Assembly: GCF_006345805.1 (NCBI RefSeq)
Contig: NC_043020.1
Span: 16,306,001-16,370,000, forward strand
Length of the DNA: 64,000 nt
DNA from: Octopus sinensis
Taxonomy: Eukaryota
Direction: 5' to 3'
Positions 11,076 through 23,164 of this stretch are shown piece after piece. Every line of letters begins with the position of its first letter. Position 1 is the stretch's first letter. The notes under the pieces are model-generated. The model was not told where the DNA came from, ran no database searches, and was given only the letters and a program-made list of their open reading frames with translations. The position numbers and the translations under genes were made by a program.

Positions 11076-11393
11076 CTTTTTCTATTCCTGAGCGTTATAC
11101 TAATACATCTGTTTGTTTTGTACACCACCTGTCTTCGTCTTTTGTTTTTTCGTAAACTCTCCTTATATATATATATATATATATGCATGTGTGTGTGTGT
11201 GTATACATACAGTGGCTGTCTGGTCTGCTCTTTGCAGAGCTTCACCTCTTCTTGTTCCATTAATTGTTCTTTCCTAGCCTATGATCTTAAATGACTTTTG
11301 AGTTTTGAAAGATATTTGAAGAGCTGATCACATATACTGTTACAATATCTCATTTCAGAATTGGCTTCATTTTCCACTTCAATAATCTTGTTG

Positions 11394-11637
11394 ATAGGCG
11401 CAGGACTGGCTGTGTGGTATGTAGCTTGCTTACCAACCACATGGTTCCGGGTTCAGTCCCACTGCATGGCATCTTGGGCAAGTGTCTTTTACTATAGCCT
11501 CAGGCCAACCAAAGCCTTGGGGGTGGATTTCATAGACGGAAATGCAAAGAAGCCCATCGTTTATATGTATATATATATGTGTGTGTGTGCATATGCTTGT
11601 GTGTCTGTGTTTGGCCCCCTAGCATTGCTTGACAACC
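11394..11637 (+). mobile_element. SINE A, 3'-truncated (duplicate)
   Basis: Identical to 10220-10463. Confidence 0.85.
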
Positions 11638-12089
11638 TATTTGAAAATGATACCACGCTTACCATCCCTACAAGAAGTGCAAAATATCGTGTTAACTGGA
11701 ACGGCTCATGTACAGAGAAGAGCATTATTGCTTTGAAAACAACATCCATTCATGAATTTATTTATTCATTAATGTTTTAAATATATATTTTACCTGTGTA
11801 TGCATACAATGAGCTTCTCTGCCCTAGGTGTACGGAAAACACTCAGCAAGAAACGGAAGAAAATTTGAAGAAAGAAGGTAAAAAAATGATAATTATAATA
11901 TTAGGGAGTATAACTCCAAACTTACAGTGAAAAATTCAATTTAATATTAAATCAAATTTCACAATATAAAGTTATATGTTTTAAAAAATATATTTTATTT
12001 TTTATTTATGATTTGGTTTATGTCTATCATTGTTTGAATTGCATAATAGCAGTTTTTCTCTAATTTATATATTATATATATATATATAT

Positions 12090-12540
12090 ATAATAATAAC
12101 AAAGGGTAAAATTAATTAATTAAGAAGTAATCAATAATTTCACCAAGTAGAATTCGGCATCAAAAAAGGAACATTTCACGGTAAACTTAAGTAATGCTTA
12201 ATAATTAGGGTTCAGCAAAGATTTGCTTTACCACATACCGAAGTTTAGAAATAGCAACCAAAAACCTTAGCTATTTCTTCTACTTTAAAAAGGGACTCCC
12301 AGAGAAACCAAAATACTTGAAAACAATTCACACTGGCAGAGAGGAAAAGTAATGAAAATCAATCAATATCTGGTCATCCATGGACGCGCGTTTCGGAATT
12401 AGATCGGTATAAAGAATATAGAATTATACTTTACCAACCAGTTTCCTCATCAGCATGGCACTCCAGCAATAATTAAATATTGAAATATTAAATTCAAAGG
12501 TACTGGAATAATTGAACATATCTCTCCACCTAACAGTATC
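12090..12540 (-). mobile_element. Hammerhead-bearing pLTR-like element related to the 59068-59850 element
   Basis: 12090-12300 aligns with the reverse complement of about 59640-59850 (CCACATACCGAA.TTTAGAAATAGCA, AGCTATTTCTTCTACT); starts at (TA)n. Confidence 0.65.
12378..12458 (-). ncRNA. Intact type I hammerhead ribozyme
   Basis: CCATG-CTGATGA-GGAA...TTCC-GAAA-C-GCGC-GT-C-CATGG; all core bases canonical, GUC site, palindromic helix III ACGCGCGT. Confidence 0.88.
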
Positions 12541-12586
12541 AGACAGATCATATTCAGTGTTAGTACTGCCAAATTCAAAATATGAA

Positions 12587-12778
12587 TCATCATCATCATC
12601 ATCATCATTGTTTAACGTCCGTTCTCCATGCTAGCATGGGTTGGACGGTTTGACCGGGGATCTGGGAAGCCAGGAGGCTGCACCAGGCTCTGGTCTTATC
12701 TGGCAATATTTCTACAGCTGGATGCCCTTCCTAACGCCAACCACTCCGTGAGTGTAGTGGGTGCTTTTTACGTGCCAC
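12587..12778 (-). mobile_element. Family B retroelement 3' end with (GAT)n tail
   Basis: GGCGTTAGGAAGGGCATCCAGC..CCCATGCTAGCATGG..GGACGTTAAAC(GAT)n on the minus strand; many copies in the window. Confidence 0.85.
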
Positions 12779-13334
12779 GAGGTTCATTTACCTCATTAAT
12801 ATTTTGAATTTGGCAGTACTAACACTGAATACTTGCGAAATAACACATTGCATCAGTATTATTTTAGCAATACTGGCAAGTGACAATTCTTCAAGTATCA
12901 GCAGTGATCTTCTGGTAAAATAATAATGAAACAAATGTAGTATTGTGCAATAAAACACACTTCTGAATCCATTTTCTTTTTCAATGCTTATATTTATATA
13001 AATTCTATGGATATTCTTTGATTTCAAAATGTATGTTTAGTAATACAGCCAATATTCCCTGTAAAATTGCTCCTGAGAGTCAATAGCCATAAATGGCTAA
13101 TACATACTACAAGATTAATACCTGAATTGAATTGATGTATGTGTGTGTGTGTGCGTGCATGAGTGTGCATGTGTGTGTGTCTATATTTACACTTACACAC
13201 ACATATATATGTATACATCTATATATATATATATGTGTGTGATTGAATTCGGTAGGCGGAAGTCACTGCCGCGTGTGTATGTGTGCGTGTAGATGCTCAG
13301 TGCCTCTCCAAAAGAGAGAGAGGGATATATATAT

Positions 13335-13820
13335 AAATCCTTAAATCCTTTAAAATGTTTCAGCCCGAAGGCTGTGGCCATACTGGGGCACCACCGTTGA
13401 ATGAGCTACACTAGTATGTGAAATTACCTCTGATACGTGGCACTTGATCAACAAGGGAGTTCAACGCCGCTGCCCACATCTGTTTCCTGCTGAGAGGTAG
13501 GTTCATCTGGAACCCCTGACAAGAAGAGATCCAGTTTAATTTTAAAGAAACCCACATCCACACCATGCAGGTCTCTCAGGTATTTAGGGAGGATATTGAA
13601 GAGTTGTGGTCCCCTGAAACCCAAGCTGTTGCAGTATCTGGTCCTGTATTTTGATGATGATGTTGGGATCTTTGGCACCATGCAGTCGCGCCCCGTTCTG
13701 CTGTTGGGGTAACTTTGAATGCCAAAATTTGGGACAAGACCCTTCAGGATTTTCCAGATGTATATCACTGCATATCTCTCCTGCCTTCACTCCAGGGAGA
13801 AGAGTTTTATTAGTTTCAGT
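13335..13820 (-). mobile_element. 5'-truncated CR1/L2-group LINE 3' end
   Basis: ERYAVIYIWKILKGLVPNFGI..RTGRDC..P..GPQLFNILP..FKIKLDLFL.GVPDEP, ..NSL; terminal hairpin and short AAGGATTT tail repeats. Confidence 0.85.
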
Positions 13821-13851
<31 letters not shown>

Positions 13852-13854
13852 TAT

Positions 13855-13917
13855 ACATCATCATCAAAATACAGGACCAGATACTGCAACAGCTTGGGTT
13901 TCAGAGGACCACAACTC

Positions 13918-13921
<4 letters not shown>
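13855..13921 (+). repeat. 67-bp inverted copy of 13597-13663 inside (TA)n
   Basis: Reverse-complement match with 1 mismatch. Confidence 0.9.
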
Positions 13922-13948
<27 letters not shown>

Positions 13949-14102
13949 TGATAATAATGGTAAGACAACAAATGAATGAAAGACCTCAATATCATGTAAA
14001 TAGAGGAATTTATCTGTAAATATAATATGTGACAATTATTTGGAGTTTTATCATGATTCTGAGTTTTATCAGGGTTACCGAATAATTATCACATATTATT
14101 TA

Positions 14103-14145
<43 letters not shown>

Positions 14146-14159
14146 TATGCATACATATA

Positions 14160-14374
14160 TATGAGACGATGTTGAAAAGTTCCTGGCTTTGGGTAAATGA
14201 AAATACAGGAGAAACAGTTAATTATGAGTTTATCCAACATATTCCCCACTCAGATTCACACATTTATTGCAGTGGTCCTTCAGTTTTTCGATTCCCTGTA
14301 AAAGAACTCAGGATGTTGGGCCTCCAACATGCCGTTTACCTTTAAAGCCAAGAACTTTTCAGAAGCTCGTCATA
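14160..14374 (-). mobile_element. Mariner-derived MITE
   Basis: TIRs ..TGAAAAGTTCCTGGCTTT / AAAGCCAAGAACTTTTCA.., TA flanks; homologous to 4001-4220. Confidence 0.75.
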
Positions 14375-14402
14375 TTTGTGTATGTATATATATATATATA
14401 TA

Positions 14403-14548
14403 TATAGGGAAGAGGATTTGAAAATGCAGAGGTCTTTTAAAGATGTTTATTAACTTGACCGGTTTCACTTTTTTAAAAAAAAGTGAAACCGGTTAAGACA
14501 ATAAACATCTTTAAAAGAGCTCATCATTTTCAAATCTTCTTCCCTATA
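14403..14548. repeat. Fold-back element, ~72-bp arms with almost no spacer
   Basis: TATAGGGAAGAGGATTTGAAAATG...CCGGTTTCACTTTTT / AAAAAGTGAAACCGG...CATTTTCAAATCTTCTTCCCTATA. Confidence 0.9.
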
Positions 14549-14814
14549 TATTTTTGCTCATGCGGTACCTTCCAATTTTACTTTGTTTGATATATATAAC
14601 CCATGCTAGCATGGAAAACAGATGTTAAACGATGATGATGATACGTATATTTAAGTATATAATTTTAAAATATGATTCTAAGTAAGGGCTTTGGAATGCC
14701 AGCACCTATATGCTAAAAGTAGATGTCAAATATCTACAATCTACTCTAAATTACTTCTCTATTTATAGCCCTAGGTCAGGTGCAAGGTAATGGGCAATTT
14801 TGGATAATCCTATA

Positions 14815-15130
14815 TCTTAAGATTTCGTGCTCGGCATTTGCCTTGACCAAAAAGACACCTGGGTTTCAGTTGCACAAGATCTTGATTGTGTTGATGACAA
14901 GGAACAATATCTGAAAACTGTATAGGTATTGCCAAGGCTTTGGCAACATTTGATGCAGATTCTCTGCTCAACTTTCTTTGTTATGATGGTTAATGTGACA
15001 ATCACATGCTACACACCTTCCTTCCAAGCACTGCTGTAAGCAGCAGAAGTGAGCGAGAATGTTATAAGTTGGTGCGCATGCACAGCGGTCTTGAAGGTCA
15101 ATTTGTACCGAGCATCTTTCCTCTGTGTTC
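14815..15130 (-). pseudogene. Mariner transposase N-terminal remnant
   Basis: TKKVEQRICIKCCQSLG resembles the mariner HTH start EQRICIKFC..LG; otherwise degenerate. Confidence 0.5.
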
Positions 15131-15209
15131 TTTAGCTTTGTTTCTATAGCAACAGTCCAGATACTTATTGATCAGACCTTGTATATATACATATATAAAC
15201 ATACATACA

Positions 15210-15245
<36 letters not shown>

Positions 15246-15739
15246 TCTATATATATATGTTCTTACTTTCTCCTTATATTTCCACGTGTAGTTTATATTT
15301 TCTTTTTGTAACATATTTCTACTATATATATATATATATATATATATACGCATATAAATAATATATATATTTATATATACATATTTACGTACACACATAT
15401 ATATGTTATATTATATTACATTATATCATAGCATATTATATTATAGTATTTTATATATCTTATAGATCTTGATCTAAGAGTCGTTATCAGTGTTCCATAA
15501 TCCCTCACACAGATATCAGTTCCCCAATCAACATTTTTATATATCTCTACATCGATATATCTAAACTCTTCTTGTCACTTCTATGTAAATAACCTACTCC
15601 ACCTTAATCTCTCTGACAGATATTAGCTCTCAAACAGCCCCTTTTATGCCACTCTACATCTACACCTTCGTTATTATTTCAATGCATTTTTCACCATAAA
15701 TATCAGCTTTCCTATCAATATTTTTATACATCTATATAT

Positions 15740-15886
15740 CTATACTTTTGCTGTCACCGCAGAACAAATAAATGAATAAACCCTGTTCTTTAACCCCTTT
15801 GAAATATATATGTATGTACACATACATGTGTGTGTGTGTGTGTGTGTGCGTATGTGTATATATATATACACACACACATGTAATAC

Positions 15887-15921
<35 letters not shown>

Positions 15922-16003
15922 TATACGCATATAATAATATATATATATATATATATAATATATATATATACTTATATGCACATATGTCCATATATGTATG
16001 TGA

Positions 16004-16049
<46 letters not shown>

Positions 16050-16241
16050 TCACATACACATGTAAACACACATACATATATACACATATACATACATATT
16101 TACCTACATACATACATACATAGATACATACACACACATGTGTGTGTGTATAAAAATATATGTATCAGCTCCTCTTTTCATTTTGTATATCTGTCTATCG
16201 ACATCTTTAGTGTCATTTATAAATCTCTCTCTCTCTCTTTC

Positions 16242-16277
<36 letters not shown>

Positions 16278-16399
16278 TCTATCTAATCTATCTATCTATC
16301 TATCTAATCTATCTATCTATCTATCTATCTACCTATCTATCTATCTATCACTTTGTATACATTATGTATATATATAGATATAGATATAGATATAGATAC

Positions 16400-16466
<67 letters not shown>

Positions 16467-17372
16467 AAGATAGATAGACAGGCAGATAGATATACATATA
16501 TACATACATATATAGAGAGAGAAAGAGTGATAGAAAGACAGATAGATGTAAACATATCTCTCTCTACATATATATACATATAAATATATATAAATATATA
16601 CATGTATGAGTGTGCTTGTCTGTGGATGAGTATGCATGCACGTTAGTGTCCACACTTTCATGTATGCAGCTATGTTTGCCTACATATATGTATGTACATA
16701 CGTATGTATATATGAATGTACCTATGTTTGTACTTATGTAGGGAGAAATGTATGTATGTATGTATGTATGTATGTATGTATGTATGTAGTATGTATTGTA
16801 TGTATGTATGTATGTTTGTATGTATGTATGTATGTATGTATGTATGTATTTATGTCTACATGTACGTATGTATATGTATGTATATATGTGTGTGTATGCA
16901 TTCATGCATGTATGTATATATATATACATGTACATATGTATGTGTGTGTATGTATGTATGTATGTATGTATGTATTTGTATGTATGTGTATGTATACATG
17001 TATGTATGTATGTGTGTGTATGTATGTATAAATGTATGTATGTATGTGTATGTATGTATGTATGTGTATGTATGTATGTATACATGTATGTATGTGTATG
17101 TATATACGTGTATGTATATATGTATGTATGTATTTATGTATATATGTATACATGTATGTATGTGTATGCATGTATATATGTATGATAAAATAATGCTGTT
17201 ATTTTTAAGTAGTTTGAAGAAAAACAAGCAAGTACTTACTGAATGTATGTCGCTATACTGAGAGTAGTGTCAACCTGATCTTTGCAGTATATCAATACAT
17301 ATGTACTTTCACACTTATACACACACATGTATATGTACTTACATATACATACACCATATAGCTATAACTATA

Positions 17373-17408
<36 letters not shown>

Positions 17409-17790
17409 TGTATGTATGTATGTATGTATGTATACATATATACATGCATATATATATATGTGCCTATGTATATATATATACATATATACATACATATATA
17501 CATACATATGCATACAGTATAGAGTATGTGTGTATGTGAGAGTATATATAGCTAGATGATATATATATATATATATAAATATAAATATGTGTGTTTGTGT
17601 CAGTATATGTGCGTGTGTGTATCTGTATTTGTGTGTGTGTGTTTATCCATGTGTATGTGTGTGTGCATATATATATATATGGATATTGGATATACACACA
17701 CACTCACACACATACACACACATACATGATATATGCGCGTGTGTATGGTGTGTGTGCACATATATATATATATACTTACACACACACACG

Positions 17791-17847
<57 letters not shown>

Positions 17848-17960
17848 TTTCATATATGTATATACGTATGTGTATATATAGTTATCAGTTCTCTCTGCAA
17901 TATATTTATAAACATATGCACACACATAGCTATATATACTTGCTCTCACATATAACACAC
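15740..17960. repeat. Block of (TA)n, (TATC)n, (TATG)n and (CA)n microsatellites
   Basis: Direct inspection; source of many spurious ORFs. Confidence 0.97.
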
Positions 17961-18431
17961 ACACACGCATGCACACACACACACACAACCCCCATACCTA
18001 CTCCTTCATTGTACCTTCAATGTAATTACCACTAGTACAGGATAATCTCTACGATAGTAGATATCAGCTCTCACATCAACACTTTTATATGTCTACACAT
18101 CTATCAACACCTTCATTATCACCAGCATTTAATCACCACCATACCACATTAATCCCTCTGATAATTCATATCAGTTCTCTCAATAATATTTTCTTACATT
18201 TACACAAGTAAGCTTGTAAATTTTTTTATTTCCATTTCTTTTTCGCTTATTGAATCCTTTCATATGTGATGCTTTTGTTTCTGATCCAGCCATGATGTAT
18301 TTGTTTCTATTATGTCTTTCAAAAGTATTTTAACGACACACTGATAACATGTCTTCATCACTGTTGTCATTTCTTTATATCCGCTTTCCGTGCTGGCATG
18401 GGTTGAACAAATTGCCATAATCCTTGTTATA

Positions 18432-18665
18432 TCTATTTCTTTACTACCCAGAAGGGGCTAAACACAGAGAGGACAAACAAGGACAGACAAACGGATTAAG
18501 TCGATTACATCGACCCCAGTGCGTAACTGGTACTTAATTTATCGACCCCGAAAGGATGAAAGGCGAAGTTGACCTCGGTGGAATTTGAACTCAGAACGTA
18601 AAGACAGACGAAATACCGCTAAGCACTTCGCCCGGCGTACTAACGTTTCTGCCAGCTCGCCGCCA
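18432..18665 (-). mobile_element. SINE family D
   Basis: Minus-strand head GGCGGCGAGCTGGCAGAA, B-box-like GAGTTCAAATTCC, GGTCAACTTCGCCTTTCATCCTTTCGGGGTCGATAAA core, ending AAAGAAATA. Confidence 0.88.
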
Positions 18666-18943
18666 TCCTATTCGTTATTGCTGCCCTGCTGTTGGAAGGT
18701 GGTGAGTTGGTACAGACAAAATGTTTCATAACATTTCATCTAGCCTTATATTCTGAATTCAAATGCCATGAAAGTCAACTATATTTTTCATGCATTTGGT
18801 GTCAACGAAATAAGTATCAGCTAACCACAGGGGTTAATCAATTGGCCCTTCTCCCTAGAATTACATATAGGTTGCCAGCTTGCAGAACTGTTGGGACATT
18901 GAACAAAATTCTTAGCAGCATTTCTTCCATCTTAATATTCTAA

Positions 18944-19154
18944 CTCTTTTAGTCTTTTACACGTTTCAGTCATTTGACTGCGGTCATGCTGGAGCACTGC
19001 CTTTTAGTCGAACAAATTGACCTCAGGATTTCTTTTTTGGAAGCCTGGTACTTATTCTATCGGTCTCTTTTGCCAAACCATTAAGTTCCAGGATGTAAAC
19101 ACACCAGCATCAGTTCTCAAGCGATGTTGGTAGGACAAACACAGACACACAAAC

Positions 19155-19197
<43 letters not shown>

Positions 19198-19564
19198 TCA
19201 TCATCATCATCATCATCGTTTAACGTCCGTTTTCCATGCTAGCATGGGTTGGACGGTTCGACCGGGGATCTGGAAAGCCAGAAGGCTGCACCAGGCTCCA
19301 GTCTTATCTGGCAGTGTTTCTACAGCTGGATGCCCTTCCTAACGCCAACCACTCCATGAGTGTAGTGGGTGCTTTTTACGTGCCACCTGCACAGCGTAAA
19401 CACATATACGACAGGCTTCTTTCAGCTTCTGTCTACCAAATCTATTCACAAGTCTTTGGTTGGCCCTAGGCTATAGTAGAAGACACTTGCCCAAGGTGCC
19501 ACGCAGTGGGACTGAACCCAGAACCATGTAGTTGGTAAGCAAGCTACTTACCACACAGCCACTC
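18944..19564 (-). mobile_element. SINE A containing a nested family B copy (about 19197-19392)
   Basis: Family A halves flank a B fragment inserted in the internal TA repeat. Confidence 0.85.
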
Positions 19565-20139
19565 ACAAAGCTCGGCTTTGCCTTTCATCCTTTTGGGGAC
19601 AATAAAATAAGTACCAGTTGAACACTGGATTTGGATTTAATCGACATTGACTCAAGCTTCCTCTGAAATTGGTAGCCTTGTGCCAAAATTCTAAAAACTT
19701 TATGATGATCATTATCGTCATTAAGGCAGCAATCTGGTAGAACTCTTTGCATTTCTTACAGATTTACATTCTGAATTTAAATGCCATTCTTGACAGCTTT
19801 GCCTCTTGTCCATTCAGGTTGATGAAAGCCAAGTACTAGGGTCAATGTAATTGACTACTCACCTCCCACAAAAAATTTCAGGCCTTGTGCCTGTAGTAGA
19901 AAGGATTATTGTTGTTGTTCTTCTTCTTATTATTATTTTTTCTTATTATCATTATTATTGTCGTTGTTGTTGTCTTTACATTCTGAGTTAGTTCAAATTC
20001 CACTGAGATCGACTTTGCCTTTCATCCTTTCAGGGTTGATAAATTAAGTACCAGTGAAACACTGGGGTTGATATAATCGATTAGTCCCCTGTCCCCAAAT
20101 TTTGGGTCTTGTGCTTTTAGTAGAATTGATTATTATTAC

Positions 20140-20171
<32 letters not shown>

Positions 20172-20590
20172 GTATTACATTTATATATTTGTTTTGCAGC
20201 CACCCATTATACAGTTGACAGAACAATCTGAATGCTAAAGGGTTAAATATCAGGGGCCGTCAACAAGGATCTTAGTTTGCACAGTATCAAAGTATAGTAT
20301 AATATATGTAACCTGTATTGTACCTTTATAAAAGAGAGTTAATTCAGCTGTTTCTTTATTGACTGTAAAAGATTATGAAGAACCTTAATCAATTTTCAAA
20401 TCTTATTGGATACGCATCAGAGGCTGCTACATTAATTTGACCAATTCTAAAGAAGCAAATAACCAGTCTGTTTATATACCTAATAGTTACAGTAGCTACA
20501 AATTTACTGACTGTAAGTGTTAATACCCTATTTTTGAATATCAAGGGCCTCGTTAACAAGGATTTTAATCCACACAAGTATGATATAATA

Positions 20591-20823
20591 AGGCGGCGAG
20601 CTGGCAGAACCGGTAGCACGCCGGGCGAAATGCGTAGCCGTATTTCGTCTGCCGTTACGTTCTAGGTTCAAATTCCGCCGAGGTCGACTTTGCCTTTCAT
20701 CCTTTCGGGGTCGATAAATTAAGTACCAGTTACGCACTGGGGTCGATATAATCAACTCAATCCATTTGTCTGTCCTTGTTTGTCCTGTCTGTGTTTAGCC
20801 CCCTGTGGGTAGTAAAGAAATAG
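20591..20823 (+). mobile_element. SINE D, full length
   Basis: 13-bp TSD GTATGATATAATA (20578-20590, 20824-20836). Confidence 0.92.
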
Positions 20824-22560
20824 GTATGATATAATACATGTTGAGGTATGATATCATATATGTAACCTGTATAGTACCTTTATGAACAGGGTTAATTTAG
20901 CTGCTTCTCTATAGATTGGAATAAGATGATGAACCTTAATCAGTTTTCATGTCTTATTGCACTCTCATCAGAGGTGTTACATCAATTTAACCAGTTCCAG
21001 AGAAACAAGCAACTAATCTGTTTATATACTCAACAATTCCAGTAGCTACAGAAAATGGAAATTACTAATGTGCATACCATAACAAATGCTTGACATACAG
21101 AGCTGGTTTGTTTACATCCCTATAGCTACACTATTGCATTATAATGTTCACTAGCCCAGTTTCATTCACCATATTTCACCACTCTTCATTACCCATGAGG
21201 TTCTGTACACAGTTGATGGTGGCGGAGATAAACCATATCACACTGACATTGAACCACAGCTTGTGCAATGGACTGTAAAATTGCTATACTGCTGATACAA
21301 CAGACCATAATATTGTGACACAGCTGTTTAGAAGATTTTAAGCATGTTTTTCAGAACCACCTTAAAGACCATTTAATATTGAAATCTTAACCAAAGTAGA
21401 TTACTTTCCAAATGGAATCAATGTTTGTCAGCGAAGTGCCAAGATCTTGACCAAATGGTAACTCTAACCTGATCACTCATTCATGCATTACTTCCACATT
21501 TCTCAACACCTCTCTCTTTCTCTCTCTCCCTTTTTCTCTCTCTCCTTTTTTCTCTCTCTCCTTTTTTCTCTCTCCCTTTCTCTCTCTCTCCCTCTTCTTT
21601 CTCCCCCTTTTCTCTCTCCTTTTTCTTTTCTCTTTTTCTCTCTATATATTAACTTTAAATATTCCCCCCGTCTTTCAACTTCACATCCTATTATACTTTA
21701 AACAGTTTTCTTATCTTCACAATGCTTTCCTTGTATTTGCCAAATTATCTTTGGTACAAAAATAAATACTAGCACTCACCATTATACTCCACTCACTCCT
21801 TCTCTTGCCCTCTATCCCCCCCTCTCTCTCTCTCATAGTCGCTTTCTTTCTCTCACTTTTCCTCTCTTTCTCCTCTTAACCTGTGATTTCTCACCAGACC
21901 TTTTGCGTGCACAGGAATTCCAAATGAAAGGAAAACAAATGTTTCTGATTTTCATTCTTTTTTTTTTCTTTTATAATCTTTTATCCTTTTCCTTTCCTTT
22001 CTTCCTTCACAGAGTTCTGATTTACAAGCTGTCTGCAGTAAATAACTTCATATGTGGATGTGGCACACTTAAAATTTCTATTTCTAAGAGCACTTTGTGT
22101 CAAGCCAAATTGATTGCACACCTGTACCATTCTGTGAGAAATGATCGCATCACTGCAATATCAAATCCAAGCTATAAACCAAACAGCTGTTCCCTGCTTC
22201 CCCTTACTTCCATATTCTATGTTATTAATGACAGGGTCTTCAAAATTCTATCATCGTTCATACATTTTCTAAACCCAACATAACAACTAATCTCTTAATG
22301 AGGCACCTGATCATTTTTCCCTGACATGCATTCCATTGTTTTAAAGGAATATATGAATTGCAAGTAAGCATGGCTTCAGGCTAGATTTCATGGCATGGCA
22401 CGCCAGGCAAATGTCTTTTAATATAACCTTTGGTTGATCGGATAATTTGTGAGTGAAATTTGGAAATTGTAAAGAAGCATGGTTGAATAAGAGAAAATGG
22501 ATTAAATGACATTTTTTATTTCATATCACTACAATTGTTTCCATACATCGTCATCTGTAA

Positions 22561-23130
22561 TATTGGGTTATTCGGAAAGTTCATGCTGATTTATAGTAGC
22601 TTACCTTTCGACTTATTTTAGAACGTGGTTGAGTCCATAAAAGAGGATTTGACTACACATCCATTTAGAGCACAGTTTAAGCTATCTTTTCATGGAAGAA
22701 GGTTCATGTTCCTATAATCTGTGTTAATTTTGTAACCCTTTAAAATGGAAGATCAGAAAGTTCATTTTCGGCACTTGATGCTTTGGGAACCAGACAAAAA
22801 TTGCTGCAGTTCGGCTTGGATGTGTTACCCCACCCTCCATATTCACCAGATATTGCTCCTTCAGATTTCAACTTATTCAGGTCTCTGCAGAATAGTCTTA
22901 ATGGTAAAAATTTCAATTCCTTGGATGACGTAAAAAGATACCTTGATGAATTCTTTGCCATGAAACCACCTCAATTCTGGGAAGAGGGTATTTTCAAGTT
23001 AAAGGAAAGATGAAGATGCATTGTCCAACAAAATGGTTCATATTTGGTTGATTAAAAATGTAATGGCAAGTATTTATTGACCTTTTTCTTTCCTTTAAAA
23101 ATCGGCACGAACTTTCTGGACAACCCAATA
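22561..23130 (+). mobile_element. Internally deleted mariner element, mellifera-subfamily-like
   Basis: ~30-bp TIRs TTGGGTT(A/G)T(T/C)C(G/A)GAAAGTTC(A/G)TGC(T/C)GATTT with TA TSDs; N-terminus MEDQKVHFRHLML joined to HPPYSPDIAPSDF...FWEEGIFKLKER. Confidence 0.92.
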
Positions 23131-23164
23131 CATTGGTGAGATGATATAACTAATATATTTTGTA

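Larger units (their letters stand above)
9751..12090 (+). repeat. Tandem duplication of a ~1170-bp unit
   Basis: 9751-10920 and 10921-12090 appear identical except for TA/TG repeat lengths; junctions lie in (TA)n; identical ORFs at 10187 and 11361. Confidence 0.95.

Noticed and set aside
14022-14099. 22-bp inverted repeat pair
   Set aside because: AT-rich and probably internal to a dispersed repeat; no further support for function.
20335-20985. Two related segments with minus-strand CTGATG..GAAACAGCTG-like motifs
   Set aside because: Each copy lacks core bases and helix I; cannot be folded convincingly.
21215-21260. GDKPYH resembling a C2H2 zinc-finger linker
   Set aside because: No following CxxC or HxxxH; chance match.
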